From NCBI GenBank assembly GCA_951406725.2, contig OX597822.1, positions 44,144,001-44,208,000 on the forward strand: a stretch of 64,000 nt of DNA, given 5' to 3'. Source of the stretch: Octopus vulgaris. Its lineage: Eukaryota. This document shows, piece by piece, positions 41,420-55,237 of this stretch (the stretch's first letter is position 1; each line of letters starts with the position of its first letter). Position numbers and translations under genes: made by a program. The notes below the pieces were generated by a model. The model was not told the DNA's origin. It did not search any database and saw only the letters and a program-made list of their open reading frames with translations.

Positions 41420-41900
41420 TAGACGTCGCACAGTATACATTTCTCAGGTCTCCATATTTATCAATCTTTTCTCTTTCTTTCATGATAAAACATTGATCTC
41501 CTGACACTACCACGTCAATTGTTACACACTCATGTTTGTTCCCCCTAAAGGCTACTTTATCCGTTCTTCGGGGATCTAATTCCTTGTCTGTCTGGAAGTC
41601 AAAGTCCCAGAGGATTTTGGCCTTCCCGTTTTCGTCCCTTACGTTTTCCGGTGTATGTTCGTACCAAGCACCCGTAATTTCATAGCCATACTTACGGGAT
41701 TGTAGTTAGTGGAGGTTTTAGGTTACCTTGTCGTGTCTACGCTTGTACTCTTTCTGCGCAAGACTTTCACAAACAATAACGATGTGAGTCACGCTTTCGA
41801 CCCTTTTCCACACATTCTACATAGGTCCGTTGCACTTGTGTGGCATATATTCTTTTTCACTGAGTTGGTATTCAATGCCTGGTCCCGGGCTGCGATGATT
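41420..41900 (-). mobile_element. R4/Dong-type (restriction-like endonuclease) non-LTR fragment
   Basis: KEYKRRHDKV..WYEHTPENVRDENGKAKILWDFDFQTDK..IDVVVSGD..KEREKIDKYGDL; abuts a (TAA)n tract. Confidence 0.85.
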
Positions 41901-42028
41901 AGGCTTTCAATATTCTTAAACTCGTAGCTCATTTTGTTGGGTATAATGGAAAGGGTAAGCTGATCACTACCAGCAGACTAAGGTTACACCTGTTTTACTG
42001 GTCATGCTTCAAGAACCCTGCGAAGCGT

Positions 42029-42965
42029 TCATGCAGTTCCAAGCAACGCTGATTTTTGCAGGTGTTCTACAATTAAATTTGTATCAATCTTTTGACCCAT
42101 ATGGGTAGTTGACTGCTGATACTTCCAAATGTACCAATAACTATTGGTATTACGTCTGTTCTCATTATTGACCACAACCTTCGTATTTTCCACTTCAAAT
42201 CTTTGTAGTTGTTCCGTTTTTTCTTCTTTCTCTTTGATCCTGTTGTTACCGAGACATGCTATGTCGAGTATCATGTTTAGTTCTGCTTTTGCTTCTCCCT
42301 ACAGCAATGTCCTTTTTCCGATGTCTGGTCAGGTGATCGTACTGAATCATTGCATCTAACAAGATTTTGAAAGTTTCCTTCTCGGTGACACCTAGTGACT
42401 GCTCATACCACGTGTTTGCTCTTTGTAGGCCGTGATTCCCAAGGAGCTCCCAATGGATCATTCTTGCCTCATTGTCATGTTGTCTTTTGTATTCACGTTG
42501 TGCCAATTCCAGGCATTCACTAACGATGTGCTATAACGTTTCACTCCTCTCAACACACATTCTGCATTTGTCGATGTCGGTAGTGTTTTCGATTCTGCAC
42601 ATCACATAGTTAGTCCTTAACGCTTGCTCTTGTGCTGCACATATATGTGCTTCTTTGTCTATCTTCGAGCCACTCCTCTTCATCCATAGCCACCGGTCTT
42701 CTGTATCTGGTTTGGCGATAGTATCTCTTGCAATTTAGCGGTACATATTTTCTCCTTCCATGCTGTTTCATTTTTTGTGATATTTTCTTCTTTAAGCTTT
42801 TCTTTCTTTTCAACATTATCAATTTTAATGACTCCCAACTTCTTCAGATTTTTCAACAATGGTTCTACGGTATTTTCTACGTACCACCTTAAGCTGTGTT
42901 TCTGTTTCGATATAATCCCGGCAACTGATCAAACCTCTCCCACTCTTTCTTCTGGAGACGTACAG
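42029..42965 (-). mobile_element. R4/Dong-type non-LTR retrotransposon 3' fragment
   Basis: RLYVSRRKSGRGLIS; CCHC-like CRMC..HIVSEC; YKRQHDNEARMIHWEL..WYE..KILLD..IQYDH..RHRKKDI; LQKSALLGTA; abuts a (TAG)n tract. Confidence 0.88.
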
Positions 42966-42966
42966 C

Positions 42967-43033
<67 letters not shown>

Positions 43034-43437
43034 CACAACCACCACCACTACAACAACAACTACTACTACTACTGGTACTACTACTACATGTTATTAACTT
43101 TTTTGAAGGGTAAAGGTAATATTTTCTTTTTACGGCCCTACTAGACTGGTAAATGTTTAACCGACCCCGAAGTGATGAAAGGTTAAGCAATTGAACAGGC
43201 AGTACTGAAGTTCAAACAGTAGGAGGCGAAACAAACGCCGTAAAGCATTCTATCAGACGTTGTAATGACACTGTATGACTGTCCGCCTTCATGTGTGGAT
43301 GTATATACATGTATACATACACATACATACATACATACACACACATACATACACACATACATACATGTGTGTGTACATATATTTATATACCCACACACAT
43401 ACTCATTGATGTATATACATTACATACACACACATAT

Positions 43438-43488
<51 letters not shown>

Positions 43489-43534
43489 CATATATTACAT
43501 GTATATATATATATATATATATTTATACATATAT

Positions 43535-43639
<105 letters not shown>

Positions 43640-43778
43640 GTATGTATATATACATGCAAACATATAAATTTATGTATGTGTATATATATATGTATGCATG
43701 CATCTCGTAAGTTGTATATACACTTAGCTGAATTAATATCGGTGTCGGCAATGACCACCATGATGACGACGACAGCGG

Positions 43779-43819
<41 letters not shown>

Positions 43820-44179
43820 TTGATGGATGTGATGGGGGAAAAATATTGATAATGACGGTCATGATGATGGTGTTAATCATTACGGTTAGCAGCAATGGAC
43901 TGTTCGATATTTCGATATTTACAACAGGCACTCTAATAAAGGCACTTTCGCCTAATCCTTCTGACCTCACCGATTCCGAATTTTGACCCAACGCAATATA
44001 TTGTTGGGGAGCCTGAGGCCAAACTCATAGGCGTTGTAATGTGGTCACTGACGTCTGTACATGTGAGTCTGTGTGTGTGTGTGTGTGTGAGTCTGTGTGT
44101 GCTCGTGCTTGTAAGTTTGTACATATTTCTGTATACGTGTGTGTTAGTGAGTGTTGATGCCGATGTAAGGGTGTTTACT

Positions 44180-44237
<58 letters not shown>

Positions 44238-44276
44238 CATATTATCTACTTCTCCCACTGTGTCCTCGACCCTTTC

Positions 44277-44307
<31 letters not shown>

Positions 44308-44528
44308 AACTCACACACATATATATATACATATATCTATATATCTACGGATACATATAACCACATATATACATATATACAAGATATGCATATTTCCGAG
44401 CATAGATATATTCGTACACACAAAGATGTTTATACTAACATGTGTATAACTATTAATGAGTATATACAATTATATATATATCTGTGTGCTAATATACCCG
44501 TATATATTTATATATATATGTATACCCG

Positions 44529-44592
<64 letters not shown>

Positions 44593-45191
44593 CACGCATA
44601 TATATATATATATACACACATACAGTGCATGTGTACACGTAATTTAGTATATACACGTAAATATATACTTCTGCATTTATATATATATATATATATATAT
44701 ATGCATGCATGCATGTGTACATGTGTCAGCGTGTAATCCGGCTTTTAAAAAGCAAATCGACAAACAATACAGACTATCGCCTAGATTAATGGAATACGGT
44801 TGCACAACAGGAAAAAAAAATAGGTGCCGGGCTATTCCCCAAGGATTAGGTCACGTGACAGCTGCTATCGATCTGAACGATTCATCGCCGTCTGAGAACT
44901 AAGACAAAAATTCTTAAGAGACGGTTCAACAACCAGAACCCGATCGATTCTCATTTATTATTACATTCCACGTAGTGTACTTGTATGTATGTATGTATGT
45001 ATGTATGTATGTATGTATGTATGTATGTATGTATGTATGTATGTATGTATTTGCACATATTTGTACGTGGATGTATATTTATACATGCATACATACATAC
45101 GTACATACTTATGTGTGTGTGTATATATACACAAAAATACCAATATTCATGAGTTTTGCGTGTATTTCAATATCTGTAGCTATATTTATCT

Positions 45192-45249
<58 letters not shown>

Positions 45250-45288
45250 GTCTGTCTGCCTTTCTATCTATGTATATATATATATATC

Positions 45289-45372
<84 letters not shown>

Positions 45373-45394
45373 TGTATATATATATATATGTATA

Positions 45395-45460
<66 letters not shown>

Positions 45461-46015
45461 TAGATATGTATTTCTGCATGTATATTTCTACACACAAACA
45501 CATGCATAATCACATAATTTAGTTTTACATATATGTATGAATGTACGTATGTTTGTATCTATGAATGTACGTATGTATGTGTGTCTATATGTTTATTTGT
45601 ATGTAATGTTCGTTAACTTATATGCAACATATGTTGCATTGTATTTAAATGACTATCTACATAACTTACTAAATGTAAGTACATCGTTGAAAGGCAAACT
45701 AACTTCTGAATATATCATCTCTTAATGAGATGAAGCGTTAAAAAACACGATATATATAGGCACATACGGCATAAACACGCTATAGGCAACAAAGCAAAAT
45801 AATAGAAAAGAAAAACACTATCAGATTAAACTACTCATTTGTGTCTGAAACTCCTTTGTAGAAGTGGTTTACAGGACTACTTTTCTGACATACTTGTGAA
45901 GAGTTATCTGTTGTGTAAGTGTTGTATTTAGAAACATAATACCACAATCACCCGACTACCGCGGTTGTATCGTTTCCGCTCTAGTTGAAAATCCGCGAAG
46001 AAAAACAGTACTGTA

Positions 46016-46053
<38 letters not shown>

Positions 46054-46088
46054 TAATATATATATACATATATAATATATATATATAT

Positions 46089-46160
46089 AAATGGCGGTGC
46101 CCCAGCATGGCCACAGTTTGTGAGCTGAAACTAAATAAAATAAAATAAAATAAAATAAAA
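46089..46160 (+). mobile_element. Isolated 3' tail of the same variant as the 5S-headed element
   Basis: AAATGGCGGTGCCCCAGCATGGCCACAG...AGCTGAAACT followed by (AAAAT)n. Confidence 0.75.
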
Positions 46161-46199
46161 ATATATATTATTACTCTTATAATTTGTATATATTTATTT

Positions 46200-46292
46200 T
46201 ATTATAAATGCAAAAGAACACCACGGAAGACTCGACGTAAACTTAAATAATAAACCGCGATAGGTGAACCGCGATATAGCGAGGGGTTACTG
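46200..46292. mobile_element. Tigger/pogo-like terminal fragment
   Basis: Ends AACCGCGATAGGTGAACCGCGATATAGCGAGGGGTTACTG|TA; the partner end was not found. Confidence 0.55.
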
Positions 46293-46366
46293 TAGATGTG
46301 TTAATAATAGTTATAATAATTCTTCCATGACATGAAATTTGAGAGTGTGTACCCAGTCGTTTACAT

Positions 46367-47104
46367 CAGTGCGACTCAAAGTGGTTGTCCGCCGACCGGT
46401 GCCGGTCCGCGAGCAATCAGCTGCCGGTACGCGGCGAGTTTCCAGAAAAGAAAAACATTAAATTCTTATAAAATGCTTATGTAATATTGTATTATTTGTT
46501 TACAAAGTAAATATAAAATAAAAGAAATTGTCAACTTCTATTATATTCTACTCTGGGCAAAGGCCCGAAATTTTAGGGGAGGGTGACAATCGATTAGATT
46601 GACCCCAGTACGCAACAGGTACTTAATTTATCGACCCCGAAAGGATGAAAGGCAAAGTCGACCTAGGTGGAATTTCAACTCAGAGCGTAAAAGACAGACG
46701 AAATACCTATTTCTTTACTACCCACAAGGGGATAAACACAGAGAGGACAAACAAGGACAGACAAACGTATTAAGTCGATTATATTAACCCCAGTGCGTAA
46801 CTGGTACTTATTTAATCGGCCCCATAAGGATGAAAGGCAAAGTCGATCTCGACGGAATTTGAACTCAGAACGTAACGCCAGACGAAATACTGCTAAGCAT
46901 CTTGCCCGGCGTTCTAACGATTCTGCAAGCTCGCCGCATTAGACAGACGAAATACCGCTTCGCATTTCGCCCAGTGTTTTAAAGTTTTTGCCAGCTTGCC
47001 GCCTTCGCATAAACTAATATTACTAAGAAATAGTACCGGTCCCTGGTACACTGGAAAAAAAAACAACAGCCAGTACACCACATTAGATAATTTGAGAAAC
47101 ACTG
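46367..47104. mobile_element. hAT-superfamily non-autonomous element with 8-bp TSD
   Basis: Termini CAGTGCGACTCAAA / TTTGAGAAACACTG; identical GTTTACAT at 46359-46366 and 47105-47112. Confidence 0.88.
46545..47010 (-). mobile_element. Tandem SINE family A copies nested inside the hAT element
   Basis: Two central domains (AGGATGAAAGGCAAAGTCGA) plus a duplicated head segment. Confidence 0.85.
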
Positions 47105-47504
47105 GTTTACATGGACTCCAGAGCTAAGCTGGTACGTATTTTATCGAGCGTGAACAGATAAAAAGCAAAGTAATCGTTAGCAGAATTTGAATTCAGAACG
47201 TAACAAGTCGGATGAAACACCACAAAATATTTCGTCCCGCACACTAGCAGTTCCGCCTGCTCGCCGCCATATTTGTTTTAGTGAGGTCTTTATACGTATT
47301 TTCTTGTGGCGGTTGTTAACGATTTTGCCCGAATAGAAGGATCACTAACATTGTAATCATTAGGCTTAGTCGTCGTCATATTGATTGTGTTCATCATTAT
47401 TGTACACGTTAACACAAATTGTACAACCGTCAGCAATTTCGGCGCCATTATCTTCTTAGCGGTGTATATATTGTTAGGCTGTTACGCATACTTGATAATA
47501 GGGA

Positions 47505-47564
<60 letters not shown>

Positions 47565-47807
47565 TGTATATATATATATATACAGATGTATATATATACA
47601 TATACATATATATATATATATATACATATATACATACACATATATATACATATATGCATATATATATATATATGTGTGTGTATATATATTTATATGTATA
47701 TGTGTATATATATATATATACATACACACATATATATATATATACATATATATAAATATATATTTATATACATATATATATATTGTGTATATATATATGT
47801 ATATATG

Positions 47808-47847
<40 letters not shown>

Positions 47848-47922
47848 CAGACAGACAGACAGACGGACGGACGGGCAGACAGATAAACATACAGACAGGC
47901 AGACAGACAGATAGATAGATAA

Positions 47923-47965
<43 letters not shown>

Positions 47966-47966
47966 T

Positions 47967-47999
<33 letters not shown>

Positions 48000-48196
48000 T
48001 AAGAAGCAACAGAAAACTGTAGGTAGCTTGTTTGATTGACTGGCGTCTGTGTAGAAAAGTGTGGGGTAAGCGTATAGGTAGGTAGGTAGGTAGGTAGGTA
48101 GGTAGGTAGGTACGATGGTAAGTAGGTACACGGGTGCATATTTAAAGACAATTATTGATCGATGGATACTCATCGATGGAGATATAGGGAAACAGG

Positions 48197-48283
<87 letters not shown>

Positions 48284-48356
48284 TAAAATACCTTACTGTC
48301 TATCATATTGTCTGTCTACATATATGCATACGTATATATAATGTTTATATGTATAC

Positions 48357-48407
<51 letters not shown>

Positions 48408-48933
48408 AATACACACATATATATATATATATATACATAGACATACATAGAAACATACATGCATACAAGCACACACACATGCAAGCAGACACGCACATGC
48501 GCACACGTATCACATGTACCGAGAGAGACAAACACACGCTCGGATTGCGAGAGAAATGACAGAAGTAAAGGAGGAAGAGGGGGAAGAAGTGAAGAAGGAG
48601 AAAAAGGAGGAACTCGGAAGAGGAGAACGAAGAAGAAGAAGGAGAGCAAGAAGAAGAAGAAGAAGAAGAAAAAGAAGAACAAGAAGAACAACAACAACGA
48701 CAACAGTAACAACAACAACAGGATATTGCACAAGAGTGACGTAACAAACATTTGTACAATAGATCTTATTCAGTTCAGTAGAGTTAGAATATGAATGCCT
48801 GTGTGTATTGGCACGCCTATACATGTACATACACACGAGTATATATACATACATATATACATACATACATACGAATATATATACATATACACAATTTCAT
48901 ACATGCATATATACAATACATACATATATATAT

Positions 48934-48992
<59 letters not shown>

Positions 48993-49286
48993 CATACATA
49001 TACCTCGGCACTTGTTAAGGTTGAGTGTTTTCTTCAGGCGGTCGATTATTCATCCTTGTTTCTAGAACAATCTCTAGATTTTCTCTACATTTGCTCTCTA
49101 ATCGAGTATTTTTTTATTATTATTATTATCTTATTCCTAGCAGAAATGTTGGTGTTTGTTTCGCGTACACACATACATGTATGCATGCACACGTACATAC
49201 TTACATATATCGAAGTATACATACATATATATATATCTATGTATACATGCATGTTTGTTTGTCTGTTTGTCTGTATATATAGATAT

Positions 49287-49338
<52 letters not shown>

Positions 49339-49598
49339 TGTGTGTCTGTGTGTGCATGTGTACTTGTGTACTTGAATGCGTCTATGTGTCAGAGTCTGTG
49401 TGTCCTTTGGTTTCGTGTTTTCTCTCTTACGAACGTGAAATCGAAAGCTATTTTTTGAATAGATAGCGAATCGCTTACCTGTTTCCTAAACTGTGCTACC
49501 AACTCGTGTCTATGTATGTATGTATGTATGTATGTATGTATGTATGTATGTATGTATGTACGTACGTATGTATGTATGTATGTATGTATGATGTATAC

Positions 49599-49631
<33 letters not shown>

Positions 49632-49653
49632 TGTATGTATGTATGCATGTGTT

Positions 49654-49733
<80 letters not shown>

Positions 49734-52114
49734 GTAGGCATACCTGTTCATACAGTTGTATTTGTATGTGTGTAAATATTTCTGGATTTGTATATACTTA
49801 TTGCAGTGAGATTTTTAGAGGGAAGATAAATTGCGTGATCTAGTTTGATACGAGATTGAGTTAAATAAGGAGGGCGGATATAACATGAAGATGGTGAAGA
49901 CAAGCATAGAGTTTTTAGGGGGAATCTGAGGATAAGTGATAGAATCTGTATGAGACAGCAGTGAATGATAGGGCTGGAGAGATTCAGTTAGGAAGAGGTG
50001 GATAGGAGATGATAAATGGGTAAATATTTTGATGGCGGTTTGACCGTGTTTTGAAGTAGAAGAGGAAAATGGGGGTTTATGGTAACTGAGTTGATAAACG
50101 AAGGAGAAAGTGAGGGATAGAGGGCAACTTAGAGACACACAGAGAGAGAGGGGGGATGAGAGAGTTAGGGAGAGAGAGAATGGAAGACGGTGAAAGATAA
50201 AAGATGAGAGAGGGAGAGAGAGTAGGGGGAAAGGAACTAAGAGAGATAGACAAAGGTTGTGAGGGAGATAGACAACTAAAGGGAGACAGTGAGGGACAAG
50301 TGGTGAGATAGAGGCAGGAATAGCGGGAGAGACAAAGAGAGAGAAAGACAGGGAAGGTAAAGTGTAAGGAGAGAGAGGGAAGGTAAAAGGAGAGAGGAAG
50401 AGAGTGAGAGAGAGAATCATAGAGCCAGAGAGGTGTGACATAAACGAAGTGATGGAGAGAGTGACGAAAACAGAGACACAAATAGAGAAAGAGAGTGAGA
50501 GACAAAGACATTGAGAGACAGAAAGAGACAAAGAGAGAGTGAGAGAGAGACGAAAGAAGAGCGGTAGATATATACAAGGCGGGAGATAAAAAACGTTAGA
50601 TAATTGGAGTGAGAGAGAGAGATGCAAATAGAAAAGACGAAAGGAGAGCAGGTGAAAGAGAGAAAGAGAGAGAAAGAGAGAGAATGAGTGTTGGAAGAGG
50701 GAGCAACAGGTGTATCCTCACTTGTTTGAAAGGATGGTTGAGCGAGAGAACCAAACATTCGCTTCATTTTATAAGAGATTTCCGTTGCATGTGGCTATCA
50801 ATACATAGGAAATTTATTGCACCGAAGCCGACTTTGCCTTTGATCCTTTCGGGAATCGAAGAAATAAGAATTATTTGGGTACTGGGTTCGATGTAATCGG
50901 CCCAGTCCCTCACCCGAAATTGCTGGTCTTGTGCCAAAAATTGAAGCCAATATATAGGAAATTTCCTTGAAGTGTTCGATACTTCCAATTATCGAACTCC
51001 TATATTGAACTCTGCAATAAACTAATTGTTGCAGTCACTGACCGTCACACGTTTCTTTCGATTCCAGATTTGCCTTTATCCACATAGGGATCAAATATCA
51101 GGAAGTAACAACCGGAAACATCTCAGAAGATGCTATACAAATCTTCTACAATGTCTGCTGTGCAAACACATCTTTATATTTGCTTGTTATAAAGAAATAC
51201 TGTAACTTCTCTATCGGAACCCATTTCCTCATTTTAAAGTTATCACAGCTTTCATCACTGTATGCATACTACATTCATATTTTTTTCTTGTAATTTTTTA
51301 ATTAATTCCTTCTGATACAATTCTTGATTGTTTCATTGTACTCCAACAGGTGTATCACTTCACGTGTTAACGGAACGCTACTGTTTGGCTGGAATAGATA
51401 GCTCTGAGGGTGAGTGGGGAAAAAGGCAAAAGAAATGTAAGAAAATCCAACATCACCACTTGATTGTATCTTTATCGGTGTCGGAAGGTGGAAAGACAAT
51501 TTATCGTGATAGCGTTTGAAACAGAAGTTCCCGGGTTCTAAGGTTTTGAGGAGTGCGGAAGAACTTCTCAGCCACTGTTGTTCCCAGGTCTTACTCGAAA
51601 TAGTACCACTTGTCAGAGTTTCGACTATGGTTCAATTAGCTTCTTTATAGAAGAAACTCGAAGCATACGCCCTCAATGCCTTGTGAGTTCCTTGAGAAAG
51701 AAATGGCTTGAGGAGTCAGCTGCGACAGCAAACCGAGAACCCACAGGCGATTCAATGACCTTTTTGACACCCTTCCGGCAGCTCTAAGAATGGTGGGATT
51801 CTCTCGCTCTGTAAGATAATTCACCTTGGAGAAGCTGATATTAATGAAGGTGGTGAGATGGAAGAAACGTTAGCACGCCGGGAGAAATGCATAGCAGTAT
51901 TCCGTCTGTTTTTCTGTTCTGAGTTCAAATTTCAACGAGGTCGACTTCGCCTTTTATTCTTTCGGGGTTGATAAATTAAGTACTAGTTGCATACTGGAGT
52001 CTATCTCATCGACTGGCCTTCTCCTAGAGTAATAGACACGGATTGTGAGGAAATAGTAAAATATCTCAATTTAAAATCCAAACTTCAGAGAATCTGAAAT
52101 GACTGTAAAATTTT

Positions 52115-52455
52115 CATTATTACTTCCGTCAAAGGAAGGCGGAGATATTCTTTTCAGTCGTGTTTGTTTGATTGTCCGTGAACAAGATATCTTAAGAACC
52201 GCGTAATGGATTCGAATGAAACTTTCAGAGATGTCTGGCTTCGTGACTGGCACAAACTGCTTATATTTTGGGATCGATCCGGTACTGGACAAGGAATCTG
52301 GATTATTTTCCTTGTCTTTTTAGTTAATCTTTGAGAGCGGTCGGGTTCATTTTTAGTATTCTCGTTTGTGAGAGCAATCGAGTATATTTCAGATATTCTT
52401 ATTTTAAAAATCAACTCTGGCTAATCGTTGAGAGGACACTGGTGTTGCCTTGGCA
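52115..52455 (+). mobile_element. Non-autonomous element of the TTACCTCCGCCAAGG...CCTTGGC type (Crypton-like or Helentron-like)
   Basis: TTATTACTTCCGTCAAAGG..GTTTGTTTG..CAAGATATCT..TGGATTCGAATGAAACTTTCAG..GATCCGG..GCCTTGGC; class assigned from memory only. Confidence 0.5.
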
Positions 52456-52682
52456 ATGAAATAGGAGCCTCAGGACCAGCAGCAACAGCTTCAAATAATT
52501 GGTTGAAGATGTTGGATATAGAAATAAATTTCCTGATCTAACAGAAAGTCTCTTTGCTTGACAGAGCAAAAACAATAGGAAAGATGTTAGAAACCTTAGC
52601 GTACGAGGTAAAGCTTTACAATTAAGATCCACCACCAGTAGAATAACTGTGAAATACTAGTAAATTTATAGGAATAAACTTT

Positions 52683-52724
<42 letters not shown>

Positions 52725-52740
52725 AGAGTAGTAGTAGTAG
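52455..52740 (+). mobile_element. R4/Dong-type 3' terminus followed by (TAG)n
   Basis: IGASG..NWLKMLDI..*QKVSLLDRAKTIGKMLE resembles IGALG..WLxxLGI..LQKxALLGTARILRKVL; short 3' UTR, then (TAG)n. Confidence 0.7.
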
Positions 52741-53249
52741 TTCTACGATAGGCACAAGACCTGTGATCTGAGGTAAAGTGGGGCGGGGCAGTCGATTACA
52801 TTGACCCCCCCCCCCCCCCCAGTACTTGATTAGTACTTATTTCATCGACCCCGAAATGATGAAAGCCAAAGTCCTCCTCTGCGGAATTTGAACTCAGAAT
52901 ATGAAGAACGAAGCACCGCTAACCATCTTGTTCGGCATGCTAACGTTTCAGCCAAATCGTCATCTTAATAATAACAATAATAAAAATATGATGATGATGA
53001 GGTGCAGGAGCAGGAAGATGACGAGGAGAGGAGGAGCGGGAAGATTCCCTTCATTGGCCATAAGGGCTCAAGACATTTAAGTCAATATCGAAGGCTGAAA
53101 TGTAACTCACAGAGATGGTGTTTTATATTGATTAAAAATGGAAGCCACAACAATAAAGACATGACAAATGATATAAAAAAAGTGAAATTCAGAAAAATAA
53201 ATAAGCGGTATCCCTGTTTTCAGTGCAATCTCCTATGAGTAATTTTTGA

Positions 53250-54260
53250 GAGGAAAAACCTCGACGAAATGCCCGGATGTCCACTAATTGAAAAATTTAT
53301 TGCCGTCATCTTTCATTGAAGTGTACCCGATACATTCTGCAGTATATTTCTTTATCAATATTGATTAACCTTCAATAAGGCTTTTAAACGAAGATTGTTG
53401 AAAAAAATATCGTCAGCGCATATTAAATGTTATGTCATCAGAGCAAAAGACTGTATCGAAAACTGAAAATTATATATCATGTTGTTCCCATCAGCCTTTA
53501 AACCTAAATGTATCGTGAGATGTGGTAAAGGTGTTCTTTGTGCTGATAAAATATTTTCCTACAGCCTTATGAACAAGAATCTACAAGGTAGCTATATGTT
53601 TACAGTGGTACAGAACATAGCGATCAGAATATGAATAATCGAATAATACAAACATACGGCTTTTTACAGAAAGCAAATGGAAAACCCAAATAGCTTGGCT
53701 ATGATTGTCATGTAGAGATTGTTTAACTAAAAAAAAAAAGAAAGTAGAAAACTAGAGATAAAATTGCAGTGTGTGATTTATGTTTCGATGAAAATTATAT
53801 CGGAACAAGTAGTGGAATATATGATGTGATACAAAAAGATAAGACCCTACACGACGACGTTTCCGGAAAGGAATGTAATATTTTAGCATTTTAACGGGGA
53901 ATGTTAAATGAAAATAAAGTGGGAAATAGATGCATAGTATCATTTGCTATGTAAATATGACTAAGAAGTGTAGTCTTTGTATTGCTGACAAATACGTTGT
54001 GCGAGATCGCAATGCAGCTGTTTTCCGTAACATTGAATGGAAGGAATGTAGCAGGTTGTCAAGAAATATTTGCGACCTAAATGAGATAATATATAAGCAT
54101 GAAACTCAGGTAGAAACTCGATGTGTAGTGCCGTTTAGTATGTAAATATCACTAAGAAGACATCTATGGGCATTGCAGAAAAATAGACAATGGAAGAGCT
54201 CTGTTTAGTCAACAAAAGAATCGAGATATTTTCTGGGGTAGGCAACAGAATAAATGCATT
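53250..54260 (+). mobile_element. Highly decayed Penelope-like element with duplicated C-terminal segment
   Basis: HQPLNLNVS*DVVKVFFVLIKYFP; KIKWEI..YVNMTKKCSLCIADKYVV; a second YVNITKK..GIAEK..LVNKRIEIFS. Confidence 0.65.
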
Positions 54261-54622
54261 TTGGCGTATTGGTCTCAGTTAGAGATAGAATTGATATCTC
54301 ACTGGATTAGTATGATAATGATAGTAATAAAAAAAAGAAAGCAGCAACGTCGACGTAGTTTTGTAGTTGCCATTTGAAACACAATATGGATGAAGGGACA
54401 AAACAGATTGGCCAATGAAGAGACAATGACTACAGGATTAAGCATAGGCAGAAATATACTCAGCTATTTTTCGTTTTTGGATTTGGTTTGCAAGATTCTT
54501 TATATGAGTTCGTGTGTTGAAGCACATTCTGTTGAGTCTAGGGAGAGTAATTTTCTTTTGTGCCTTATTATGTAACACCCTCACCGGTAAAATTTCCACT
54601 TTTTTCTTATTTTTATTGTCCT

Positions 54623-54691
54623 AAAATTTTCGTTGCGTCTTGCAAACTTTTCAATAGTTTGGAAAAGGTTGCAAGACGCAACGAAAATTTT
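54623..54691. repeat. 30-bp-arm inverted repeat (hairpin)
   Basis: AAAATTTTCGTTGCGTCTTGCAAACTTTTC-N9-GAAAAGGTTGCAAGACGCAACGAAAATTTT, one mismatch. Confidence 0.92.
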
Positions 54692-54872
54692 GTAGATTTA
54701 AACACAAACAGGCGAGCCTTGTTGTACCATTTATCTACTTATATATATATATCATTCGCCATATATATATATATATATCATTTGCCATATATATATATAT
54801 ATATCATTTGCCATGATAGATCGCTAAGCACTACACATTCTTTATTTTCTCTCCTTATTTCTTTCTGTGTTC

Positions 54873-54908
54873 CTTTCTGTGGAAGAGCGTAGGCTCAAAA
54901 CGTAAAAG
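54873..54908 (+). ncRNA. Degenerate minimal type I hammerhead ribozyme motif
   Basis: CTTT-CTGTGGA-A-GAGC GTAG GCTC-AAAA-CGTA-AAAG: stems I and II intact, but the core boxes deviate from CUGANGA and GAAA. Confidence 0.45.
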
Positions 54909-55009
54909 ACTTTTTCACTTCTCGAGCGTTATAATTATACATCTGTTTATTGTCTACACCACTTGTCCTCGTCTTTTGTTTTTGTTTTTGTAAATTCTCT
55001 CTCTCTCTC

Positions 55010-55049
<40 letters not shown>

Positions 55050-55051
<2 letters not shown>

Positions 55052-55171
55052 ACGGGCTTCTTCCAGTTTCCATCTACCAATTGCAATCAAAAGGCTTTGG
55101 TCGGGTGCCACACTGAACCCGGAACCATGTGTTTGGGAAGTAAGTTTCTTACCACATAGCCACGCCTGCGC
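55050..55171 (-). mobile_element. SINE family B 5' fragment
   Basis: GACGGGCTTCTTCCAGTTTCCATCTACCAA..CTGAACCCGGAACCATGTG..CTTACCACATAGCCACGCCTGCGC. Confidence 0.8.
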
Positions 55172-55172
55172 T

Positions 55173-55237
<65 letters not shown>

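Noticed and set aside
49815-50767. 270-aa and overlapping Leu/Ser-rich ORFs
   Set aside because: GA-rich low complexity; the last part (LTESLQP..) may be a LINE remnant but is too weak to call.
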